Positions 41,496-49,497 of a stretch of DNA of 49,497 bases are shown one piece after another. Position 1 is the first letter of the stretch; every line of letters starts with the position of its first letter. The notes beneath the pieces are model-generated. The model was not told where the DNA came from. It searched no databases and worked only from the letters and a program-made list of their open reading frames with translations. The position numbers and the translations under genes are program-made. The stretch is from a virus (Duplodnaviria; Heunggongvirae; Uroviricota; Caudoviricetes): IMG/VR virus record IMGVR_UViG_2660238070_000012, positions 1 through 49,497 of that record; one strand, given 5' to 3'.

Positions 41496-42377
41496 TCAAC
41501 AAATTTTAATTTTTACATCCATCAAATTCATGATGAATTCTTTTTGCTTTCTTGATAATGGTGTTGCATAACCTAAAACACGTAAACATGCTGGAAGAGA
41601 ATAAATATAATCCAAAAAAACTTTATCGTTACATCTTTTTTTCATAGCAGAGATAAAGTATTTATTTGCTATGTTTAATGGCATCTGCATGAATATCTCT
41701 TTACAATATTCATAAACCAATCCGTTAGGCATATTTATTTTAGTTGAAGTGTAATCTTCTATTATAGCTAAGAACTCTTCCTTTCTAAGAACTGAAAACA
41801 AGCTGTCACTTTTAATATAATCAATATTTGAATCTGCCTCCTTAATGACACTCAATTGATCTTTTTTATTCAAAACCATAACTCCCACTCTGGGGAGATT
41901 TAAAGCACAATATTTACTTGCATACTCTGGATGTGTAACTATATACACTTTATCAAAAACATCCAAATAATCAGGGGCTTGAGTAATCAACCTTTTTGGT
42001 GAATCATACTCTGTCTTAATCTCGTAAGCTGTAGACGTACCATTAAACACCGCAACATCCACTATAGAGTTTTTAATTGGTAACTCTATGGACGACGAAC
42101 TTGTTTTTGGGCTGTGCTTACCGAATATTATTTTATTGACAAGTGCTGTCTTATAAACATATTCATTTCTATAATTCAGACGCAAAAAATCATATAATGA
42201 TGTAAATAAATCCCTTAGTGAAATCTCATGTTCATTATTATCATTGTTTGAAAACAGTGTTTCATAGCAGTAAGAATCAAAACTCCCAAATAAATCCGAA
42301 ATATCCTTACCTTTTGCTAAGGATGAAAAAATGGGGCGACGGAAAAATTTAGCATATTCCTTTTTATTATGACTCAT
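41496..42377 (-). CDS. Hypothetical protein with PD-(D/E)xK-like nuclease motif, first gene of AT-rich cassette
   Basis: 293 aa. IVDVAVFNGTSTAYEIKTEYD gives D-x10-E-x-K spacing typical of restriction-endonuclease-fold nucleases. Very AT-rich. 21-bp gap to the downstream gene. Confidence 0.65.
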   Translation of the reverse strand: MSHNKKEYAKFFRRPIFSSLAKGKDISDLFGSFDSYCYETLFSNNDNNEHEISLRDLFTSLYDFLRLNYRNEYVYKTALVNKIIFGKHSPKTSSSSIELPIKNSIVDVAVFNGTSTAYEIKTEYDSPKRLITQAPDYLDVFDKVYIVTHPEYASKYCALNLPRVGVMVLNKKDQLSVIKEADSNIDYIKSDSLFSVLRKEEFLAIIEDYTSTKINMPNGLVYEYCKEIFMQMPLNIANKYFISAMKKRCNDKVFLDYIYSLPACLRVLGYATPLSRKQKEFIMNLMDVKIKIC

Positions 42378-43056
42378 TACTCATACTCTATAAACATCAT
42401 GCAATTTGATAAGTTATGACGAATTCTCACCATCCAGTTACTACCTGTACATACTAATCAAAAAAAACGAGTACGCAAGATACGAAAGTACTTTTCTTGT
42501 TCACCAGTTAGCTTACCTTGATCCTCACCAGCGACTGGAAGATAGGTAGCAGTATATGTGGAAACCTTCCCCTAGCTAGGTCTACAAACGTAGTTTGGGC
42601 ATTTAGGCTCCACGATTCACGGTTTGACACGGCCTGATATCTGCACATTCGTTTTGATATGCAGCAATCGTGAAAAAGGAAAATATACGCTCGACAGACC
42701 AAAACGGCACTACACCGCACCCGCCTGCGGTTTTCATATCACTAAAAATTTTCAGCCTGGATTTTTTACAAACGATACCGCCAGTCCGTGCCAGTCCTCG
42801 AGATGTACTGCGATACAGGAACTGAAAAGAATGAAAAGAAATTCATTTTTTTTCAGTTTTACTGTCCGTCGAATCTATGGCCTGAATACGCAACTCTATG
42901 ATATTAAATGGATAATTAATTTTAGGTGTGTGATTTTATGAAGGTTTGTGAAACATGAAGAAGATAACCAGTTGAAAAATAATAATTTTATGACCGTATA
43001 AACTGAAATCCTGTGTTCAGGTTCCGGGAACAGATCGGCCATTCCCGACGCATACT

Positions 43057-43329
43057 TTACCCATTCTTTTGCGCAGCCAGCAGCAACTTTAAAGCCTTTT
43101 CCCGTTCCTCGGGTGGAATTGCATCAATCAGCTCTTTAACCCTTCCCTGCCCGTTCAGCGCGCTTGGACTAACGGAATGGGAGAAAGCAACATTCATCAC
43201 AAACGAGTGACCGCACTCCACATTAGAGCAATAGCAGTACACATCGTACAGTTGTGGGTGTTTCCTGTTTGTTTTACCTATCCGTGCTACTGCCTGACAT
43301 GTGGGGCAGTACATTCTCATCATCTTCAT
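43057..43329 (-). CDS. Ogr/Delta-family zinc-finger late transcription activator
   Basis: 90 aa: MYCPTCQ...VYCYCSNVECGHSF gives the C-x2-C...C-x4-C pattern of P2 Ogr / P4 Delta. True start may be an internal Met. Confidence 0.7.
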   Translation of the reverse strand: MKMMRMYCPTCQAVARIGKTNRKHPQLYDVYCYCSNVECGHSFVMNVAFSHSVSPSALNGQGRVKELIDAIPPEEREKALKLLLAAQKNG

Positions 43330-43394
43330 CGTTCTGTGCCCTATACTGTTGCCCGCCAGAAGAAGGGATTTGGATCCCTACCTCTTGTTCTGAA

Positions 43395-43590
43395 CGTGTA
43401 ACACTGGTAACACGTGTAACGCTATTGATTTAAAAGGATTTAATCTGTTACCAGTTAGCAAAATCAAGAGGTAACGCGTGGTAACACACCATTTTTTGTT
43501 ACCTCTGTTACCAGTCAGTATTTTTGACTGGTAACACTGAAGAACCGCATCAGTAACGGGTGTTACCTCTGTTACCAGTGTTACCTCATA
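43395..43590. repeat. Iteron cluster (GGTAACA / TGTTACC) downstream of the primase gene; candidate ori/crr
   Basis: At least 12 copies of the heptamer GGTAACA or its complement TGTTACC in both orientations within ~190 bp (for example TGTTACCTCTGTTACCAG twice). Confidence 0.6.
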
Positions 43591-43611
43591 AAAATAAGAC
43601 TCACGCGATAA

Positions 43612-46299
43612 TCACTCAGGTTCAGCGCTTCCCAGTACCTGTGTATTGAACTGGTACACACGTTTAAGCCCTATTTCTGGCAGGCGAATGCTGTTTTGCG
43701 TCCGGCCATCTTCACCGGGTTTCAGCCAGCCCGCGTCCACACACAACCTGGCCACCTTACGCGAGTCAAATCCCTTACAGATCTCCTTCCAGCCTGACGG
43801 GAGAACGTAGAACGTCACAACCGGCTCTGTCACGTTGTCTCCTTTATCGACTTTTCTGAATCCCATCATTGAAACAGGCCGGTTCCTGTCGTCATTCCAG
43901 TCAGCAAACCGACTGAACTGATTACGCGTCATGAAGTCCCGAACCTGTTCAAGTGCCGCTTTATCTTCCTGATTAGCTGTATGGCCCCGGTCAGCCATCC
44001 ATGCAGCCAGACAGCTTTGAGCGGCACGAAAGGCCTCTCCCTCCGGCCATCCTGTGATGCCCGCTTTTGTGGCCAGCTCCCCGGCCATCGCAACCAGAGC
44101 AAAACGGGTAACAGCCCGGCCAACCTGATTCCCGGCATTTTCCGGCGTCAGCCTTCGGGTATACTCTTTCAATAAGGCTTTCGCCTGACTGGTCAGTTCC
44201 GGCAGATCAGCGGTCAGGCAATACAGCCAGTCGCGGAATGGTGCACCATGATAATGCGCTACGTGCTGCTCAAGATGCTCAGCCAGGGTTTTCCCGCTAC
44301 TGAAGCCATGAAGTTCTTCAAACACGCCATACTTGCCCGAATCGCTTGGGATCTGGATCATTCTGACCTCAACCCCGGCATACGTACGTTCCCCGGCGCT
44401 TGCCGCATGCTCTACCAGTGACAGTTCCCCGGTAGACAGAAACAACAGATTCCAGCGGTTGGTTTCCCTTACCGAACCATCTGTTCTGGCTCTGGCTTTG
44501 CCCTGCCCGTTAGCCAGCATATAAGCGATATTTCCCGCCTCCCTGCCGTCAACCTCCCGGATTTCATCCAGCATCAGCGTGGCATCATTGCGGCGGCTCG
44601 CCGTTCCTTCTAAGGCATTCCCCGTCGCCCGCCACGTATGCCAGAAATCTGTTCCACCACATACTGATGCAGCCACTTTCATCGTCGTGGTTTTACCGTC
44701 TGTGGATTCCCCTTTGAGGTGATAACCTCCACCGCCGATACCAACCAGTTTCAGAAGGGGGGCAGCAAATGCCAGACTCACCGCAAAGGCAAGACGGGCA
44801 TTCTTTATGCAATAACGGCCTATATTTTCACGCCAGCCCTCTGATGTGCCGCTGACACGAAAATCACGCCCCTGCACACTCGATGTTTGTAAGATGACTG
44901 ACTGGGCTTCGCGCCCTATCACTTCATCCTGGAGAACGTAAACCCCGCCGTGCCAGCCAGTTTTATTCACACAGGTTACTTTTCTGTCCGGTTTACACAG
45001 CGAGATATATTCCATCAGGAATGCTCTGGCCATGCCGTTAATGTTGATGTAAGAAAGCCCGTTAACCAGCAGAACGCGGCGCAGTTCTTCCCCGCTACCG
45101 CCCAGCATCTCCATCGGCATTGCCCATTTACGGCTGTTTCCGTTGGTATCTTCCCATTCCAGCAAACGCCCGTAATTACTTCCATCAGCATCACTGGTGA
45201 TTGCCGTCACCCGCAACGGACTGCAAATTTTGATATTACGTATCTCTGTATCACCATCAGACTTATTAACCAGCTTGTCGTACCACAAATATTCTTTTGT
45301 CAGCCGGAACCCTTCTGGTAAACGGGTCTGCCCTTTGCCATGCAGCGTCATTTCTTCACGAAAGGCATCTCTCGCCCGTTCTTTCCCCACTTCCTGCCGA
45401 TAATCATCCCAGTCAGCCTTATGGCGTACCGGAGGGAGCGTTACCCAGCCATCCACCGCTTTGGCGGCTTTCTCTGCCTGAATACGCCCGGTGTTTTCTT
45501 TGCCGTCAGCCAGATCATTATCTCCGGCCAGAATGATCCGGGTTTCCGGCCAGCGTTTTCGGATCTGCTCCGTCACCTTCAGTAAATTGGTGGCAGCGAC
45601 AGCCGCCACGATCCATCCTTCAGTCAGCAGACTGACGGTAAGCGCCGTGGCAAAACCCTCAGTGATAATCACCTGTTCAGGTGTTTCAGCGGGTATATCG
45701 GTCAGGGCAATGAATGCGCCAGACAGCTGGCTACCGGGCAGCAGACTTTTATCCCCGTCAGGATTGATAAGCTGGCCACCAGTAATATTCCCGGAAATAT
45801 CCGTCAAAGGCAGCAGTAATGAACCGGTGGAAAATGTTATTCCGGCCAGATTCAAAGGCTGTGACAGCAAGGGAAGTGAATACCCGTGTAAGCTCTTATT
45901 TGTCAGATAGACCGGCTCACCATTGCAGGACTGCTGTCTGAGTCTGGTATATCGCTCCGCGCCCGCTTCTTTTCCTGCGGCCTTTTTCCTGGCTGGCAAT
46001 GCGGGCTTCTCCTGTATTTCTGGTAATGCAAGCGCCTCAGATACCATCCCGGCGACTTCTTTTATCTTTCTTCCTGTCACCAGACGAACCAGATCAAGAC
46101 CATCGCCATGACCGCACTGATTACAAAACCACGTCCCTCGCCCCGCTTTATCGTCCAGTCGAAAACGATCTTTTCCACCACAGGCAGGGCAAGCCCCATG
46201 ATGTCCTGCGGACGGTACTTTAATACCTAATGCTGACAGGATATAAGGCCAGCGCCCAATTGCAGCTCCGGAAATCGTGGATACAGACGGTGTTTTCAC
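43612..46299 (-). CDS. Primase-helicase, P4 alpha-like
   Basis: 895 aa. N-terminal zinc-binding primase motif (CPACGGKDRFR...CNQCGHGDGLD), Toprim-like region (IILAGDNDLADGKENTG), C-terminal helicase Walker A (LKGESTDGKTT). Confidence 0.85.
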   Translation of the reverse strand: MKTPSVSTISGAAIGRWPYILSALGIKVPSAGHHGACPACGGKDRFRLDDKAGRGTWFCNQCGHGDGLDLVRLVTGRKIKEVAGMVSEALALPEIQEKPALPARKKAAGKEAGAERYTRLRQQSCNGEPVYLTNKSLHGYSLPLLSQPLNLAGITFSTGSLLLPLTDISGNITGGQLINPDGDKSLLPGSQLSGAFIALTDIPAETPEQVIITEGFATALTVSLLTEGWIVAAVAATNLLKVTEQIRKRWPETRIILAGDNDLADGKENTGRIQAEKAAKAVDGWVTLPPVRHKADWDDYRQEVGKERARDAFREEMTLHGKGQTRLPEGFRLTKEYLWYDKLVNKSDGDTEIRNIKICSPLRVTAITSDADGSNYGRLLEWEDTNGNSRKWAMPMEMLGGSGEELRRVLLVNGLSYININGMARAFLMEYISLCKPDRKVTCVNKTGWHGGVYVLQDEVIGREAQSVILQTSSVQGRDFRVSGTSEGWRENIGRYCIKNARLAFAVSLAFAAPLLKLVGIGGGGYHLKGESTDGKTTTMKVAASVCGGTDFWHTWRATGNALEGTASRRNDATLMLDEIREVDGREAGNIAYMLANGQGKARARTDGSVRETNRWNLLFLSTGELSLVEHAASAGERTYAGVEVRMIQIPSDSGKYGVFEELHGFSSGKTLAEHLEQHVAHYHGAPFRDWLYCLTADLPELTSQAKALLKEYTRRLTPENAGNQVGRAVTRFALVAMAGELATKAGITGWPEGEAFRAAQSCLAAWMADRGHTANQEDKAALEQVRDFMTRNQFSRFADWNDDRNRPVSMMGFRKVDKGDNVTEPVVTFYVLPSGWKEICKGFDSRKVARLCVDAGWLKPGEDGRTQNSIRLPEIGLKRVYQFNTQVLGSAEPE

Positions 46300-46706
46300 A
46301 GCAGCACCTCCTGACCTTCCGGCTTCACAAATTCAAAACCTTCGGGTAGTTCGCCATCAGGTGCTCCGAAAATAATATCCCGGTAAACCTCACGCATCTC
46401 TGTGACACCAAAAACTGACAGGCGAATATTTTCTGACATAAAGCCTGGTTTAAGCATTTTTTCCAGTTTCTCTGCGGCCAGTATGCAACCAGCATCAGCC
46501 CCAAACTCATTCACCCACGGCATTTCAATATGGTAAATAATATTACTCACCACTTTTTCGTGGGAGAGTTCTATTCGTTCGCCATCTTCAATATAAACAG
46601 GTTCATTATGAACACGCACCATTAAGGAAATGAATGCATCAGCAATGTAGTAGCGTAAGACTGCTGTTCGTAAAGCATGCGCCTTTAAATTTTGATTATT
46701 ATTCAT
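46296..46706 (-). CDS. Hypothetical protein upstream of the primase (epsilon position)
   Basis: 136-aa ORF translationally coupled (ATGA) to the primase gene. Confidence 0.5.
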   Translation of the reverse strand: MNNNQNLKAHALRTAVLRYYIADAFISLMVRVHNEPVYIEDGERIELSHEKVVSNIIYHIEMPWVNEFGADAGCILAAEKLEKMLKPGFMSENIRLSVFGVTEMREVYRDIIFGAPDGELPEGFEFVKPEGQEVLL

Positions 46707-46935
46707 CGCGCATCACTCCCTTAATTGTGCTGGTTTCCTTAACAACGCCATCCAGTTGTTCGGCAATACAGGCCACTAAAGCCGCAGCGCCTTCCGCTGA
46801 AACAGTTCTCGCTCCATTCACTGTGGGCACGGACAAGACCTCTGCAAGAAACTCACTGGCCAGTGCCGCCCGTAACAGACGACTCTCCCCCTGTTCACTC
46901 AATATGCAGCCTTGCTTAAAATTCATGGATTTCAT
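46699..46935 (-). CDS. Hypothetical protein
   Basis: 78-aa ORF coupled to the downstream gene. Confidence 0.45.
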   Translation of the reverse strand: MKSMNFKQGCILSEQGESRLLRAALASEFLAEVLSVPTVNGARTVSAEGAAALVACIAEQLDGVVKETSTIKGVMRDE

Positions 46936-47135
46936 GCAACCACCTCCCCGGCTCTTTTCACAGGGATACGGGCAGCAAAGCTCAGGATAAATTCAGTGGC
47001 AAGTTTAAGGCGTGCAGCATGCTCGCATTCTGCGATTACACGCACAGGGCGTGGACGGGCATCACGGTCTGTACGGCGGACAGCCAGAAAGACAAAGGTA
47101 AATTCAGGGTGAGATAAAGCAGGGACTGTAGCCAT
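46932..47135 (-). CDS. Hypothetical small protein (possible DNA-binding regulator)
   Basis: 67 aa from the internal ATG at 47135 (MATVPALSHPEFTFVFLAVRRTDRDARPRPVRVIAECEHAARLKLATEF...). The longer listed ORF runs through a structured non-coding region. Confidence 0.4.
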   Translation of the reverse strand: MATVPALSHPEFTFVFLAVRRTDRDARPRPVRVIAECEHAARLKLATEFILSFAARIPVKRAGEVVA

Positions 47136-47146
47136 AATGGCAACCT

Positions 47147-47413
47147 CCTTCAGATAGCGGGTAACGCTACCACCGGAGTTCCTACGCTCATGGGTGGTAG
47201 CCCAGACGGGGGTAGGAATACCGGCTCTGAAGGATACCGGCCAGCCCGAAAGCTGCCCCGCCTGGACTACCATAATTCTGATGATGTGGCGTAAAAAATA
47301 AAAAAATACAATCAGCCACCACACCATAAATTTTAGGTGAGTCAAAGCTGCGACACAAAAAAACACGCCTAGCGCGTGTAGTATCGCCTTCAGATAACAC
47401 GGGTTCCTACGCC
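47147..47413. promoter_or_regulatory. Structured leader with two direct repeats and one inverted-complementary segment (candidate antisense-RNA control region)
   Basis: CCTTCAGATA..GGGT...TTCCTACGC occurs at 47147-47187 and 47387-47413. A partially complementary segment GTAGGAATACCGGCTCTGAAGG lies at 47212-47233. An internal hairpin GCTACCACC / GGTGGTAGC is at 47165-47201. Confidence 0.4.
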
Positions 47414-47609
47414 CGGCTGCCGATTTTGCGGCAACCTTTAAACTATATCCCGCGCATTCCTGGTGAGGCAAGAAATTTATAACCGAAAACTGATCATTGC
47501 CTGGATTAATTAACGCTGGCATGCTTAAGCCTCTGCTTAAAAATAGTTCTTCATTTTTCCTGATGCTGTAAACGAGACCCGCCTCTGAGCGGGTCTTTCT
47601 GTCGCTAAG

Positions 47610-48614
47610 TCAATCCGCAAACGTCAGGGTGCACTCATCAACAGCCGCGTACAGTTCAGGTTCACCGAGTGCATAACCTTCATTGCGCAGGTAGGAATGC
47701 ACGTATTCACTGCTTTCATCATCAAACTCAGCACGAAACCAGCGTGTTATCGCCTGAGTGTAAATATGCAGATTATCCAGCGTCGTTACTGCCAGACGCT
47801 TACCCGGCATAAACGGGGGAATAAACGCAAAGCGGCCAGCAACAGAACTTGTAGCCATCTGTGCCGCATTCACATCAGACGGGCGGTCTGCGGCATTAAA
47901 TAACTTCAGGCGTTGATGTGCTGCCAGCTCTGCCCCAACCAGTACAACCAGACGAGGATCTTCACGAAACTGCTCAGCAATAAGCTCTGTAATCAGATGG
48001 TTGGCCAGAGCATCAATATTTTTCCAGGTGCCAGTCTCTCCCAGAGTGACAGGCTCAGAGATGATTTGCTTTCCGTTCCCGTAGGCTTTCGCCAGTGCAT
48101 GCCAGCCAATATTGACATCCTCGCCTTTTTTATTGATTTCCGGGTTTGTAGTATTTGCAATCGACACACCGTTGAAACCGACCCGCAGCATGTCCAGCGC
48201 ATATGCCTGGGCAAAAAAGCTCTCAACCGTTTTCTCAAACTCATCCGGCACGCCGGTATGGTAAATATGAGACATATCGGAATAGCTGATCCGGGCGCAG
48301 GTATCCGTCTCTGTCAGAAAGAACTCCGTACCATTGATTGCCATTTTTTTGTGGAAACGGCCACCATCCACACGTCCGGTATACAGTTCACTGGCACCAA
48401 TATTGACGGCATTACCTGACACGGCGTTAACATCACGTAGGGTAATATTTTTAATAAGCCACCCGGATTCCAGAATTGAGGTACGCAGTATATTTTCAGT
48501 AGGTTCGCTTAATGCAAAGCGTCTGTTTGATTCTTCCTGATAGTTAGTGCCAGTGACGAATTTATTATGATAACGACGTGCTGCGTCCGGCCTTTCAGTT
48601 TTGAAGGCATACAT
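47610..48614 (-). CDS. Major capsid protein homolog, P2 gpN family
   Basis: 334 aa. GFNGV, GW, IDAL, EDPRLVVLVG and LDNLHIY align with recalled P2 gpN motifs (GFNGV, GW, LDAL, EDPDLVVIVG, LENLSIY). Based on recalled sequence only. Confidence 0.6.
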   Translation of the reverse strand: MYAFKTERPDAARRYHNKFVTGTNYQEESNRRFALSEPTENILRTSILESGWLIKNITLRDVNAVSGNAVNIGASELYTGRVDGGRFHKKMAINGTEFFLTETDTCARISYSDMSHIYHTGVPDEFEKTVESFFAQAYALDMLRVGFNGVSIANTTNPEINKKGEDVNIGWHALAKAYGNGKQIISEPVTLGETGTWKNIDALANHLITELIAEQFREDPRLVVLVGAELAAHQRLKLFNAADRPSDVNAAQMATSSVAGRFAFIPPFMPGKRLAVTTLDNLHIYTQAITRWFRAEFDDESSEYVHSYLRNEGYALGEPELYAAVDECTLTFAD

Positions 48615-48636
48615 AGTTTTTCACCTTTTTAAGTAT

Positions 48637-49497
48637 TTAAGAAAAGATTTTATTTTTGTACTCAGTAACCAGATTGTATTTCATTACATGCTCAACATAA
48701 TCCCGGTCACTTACGACTGAACGTAATACATAATTATCTGCTCGATAGTACTCCCTGTAAGCCATAGCTCTTGCCATTCCACCGTTATTTAATACATAAC
48801 GATCAGTTGGAACGCTACAACGACTAATAATTTCACTCACGGAATCAGATAAAGACTTGAGTGCATCAGTAATAAATTTAATATCACGGACAACGTCACT
48901 GTCATTAAATACAGAAATAAAATCAGCAGGGATCTGGCCGGATTGAGGAAATATATTCAGTAAACGCTTATCGATTCCCTTCCCAATGTAGTTTCCTTCA
49001 TCGGCCAGTACTCCCGGCAAAAGCTTGATCGTGCTCAATCGACTATGTTGTTCATTCAACCGGGAAACAGCCAGATGGTAATACCGTTCAGCATCCGCTC
49101 GTTCAGCATGCCCCATTTTATTCGTTTTGGCTTCAGCAATGCTACTGACGCCGTTTTTTGAGAATGTGCTTTTCCATGCAACTTCCGCATTTGTCACTTC
49201 ACGCTGCCGGAAAGATAACTCTTCCTCTTCCTGACGACACAACTGGGCATAACGGCTCAGGAGCAGGTTGATCTCATTCGCCACAGTTTCCGTATCAGGT
49301 ACTGTTAACCCCGTAAGTGAATACAGCTTTTCACCTTTAGCTCGCAGCTTATTCAGTGAATATATTTCAATAATACGCACAATACAGGCCGTGTCGCTAT
49401 GAGTCTCTTTAAATGATCTTACTTTGTAACTATCTAACACCGACACATGTTCGTTCTTAATTGATGCCAATTTCTTCTTAAAAACATTGTCAACCAT
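48637..49497 (-). CDS. Hypothetical protein (start coincides with window end)
   Basis: 286-aa ORF upstream of and co-oriented with the capsid homolog. Does not resemble recalled P2 gpO scaffold. May be N-terminally truncated by the window. Confidence 0.5.
   Translation of the reverse strand: MVDNVFKKKLASIKNEHVSVLDSYKVRSFKETHSDTACIVRIIEIYSLNKLRAKGEKLYSLTGLTVPDTETVANEINLLLSRYAQLCRQEEEELSFRQREVTNAEVAWKSTFSKNGVSSIAEAKTNKMGHAERADAERYYHLAVSRLNEQHSRLSTIKLLPGVLADEGNYIGKGIDKRLLNIFPQSGQIPADFISVFNDSDVVRDIKFITDALKSLSDSVSEIISRCSVPTDRYVLNNGGMARAMAYREYYRADNYVLRSVVSDRDYVEHVMKYNLVTEYKNKIFS

Larger units (their letters stand above)
43057..49497. mobile_element. Satellite-like / P4-related element fragment (Ogr/Delta, iterons, alpha primase-helicase, capsid homolog); continues past window end
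   Basis: Co-oriented minus-strand genes encoding a P4 alpha-type primase-helicase, an Ogr/Delta zinc finger and a P2-family capsid homolog, with an iteron cluster and a repeat-rich leader. No integrase of its own within the window. Confidence 0.55.

Noticed and set aside
46932-47522. 196-aa ORF with a hydrophobic N-terminal half
   Set aside because: The upstream part crosses the repeat- and hairpin-rich leader and an A-rich tract. Only the last 67 codons from the ATG at 47135 look like a gene, and even that is uncertain.

Overview
The window is dominated by a ~39-kb mosaic lambdoid prophage lying in inverted orientation (about 1303-40544). It carries lambda-type immunity and regulation (cI, cro, cII, N, OL/PL, OR/PR/PRM, nutL, nutR, PRE, oop), lambda-type lysis (S, R, Rz/Rz1), a non-lambda replication module (O-like initiator with internal iterons plus a DnaB-family helicase), a nin-type region (NinB/E/F/H, RusA, orphan C5 cytosine methyltransferase, antirepressor, Q-like antiterminator), a recT-xis-int early-left operon, and a P22-like podovirus virion module in P22 gene order ending in a chimeric tailspike. 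On the left it abuts a second, paralogous P4/IntA-family integrase (1-1158). On the right it abuts an AT-rich two-gene cassette (40524-42377) and part of a satellite-like element (43057-49497: Ogr/Delta zinc finger, iteron cluster, P4 alpha-type primase-helicase, structured repeat-rich leader, P2-family capsid homolog). The best candidates for undescribed biology are the two-gene nuclease-like cassette next to the integrase, the single-gene replacement of rexAB between cI and PL, and the satellite leader with antisense-capable repeats. No rRNA, tRNA or CRISPR array was found by eye. All identifications rest on reading the translations and recalled reference sequences; no searches or computations were run.
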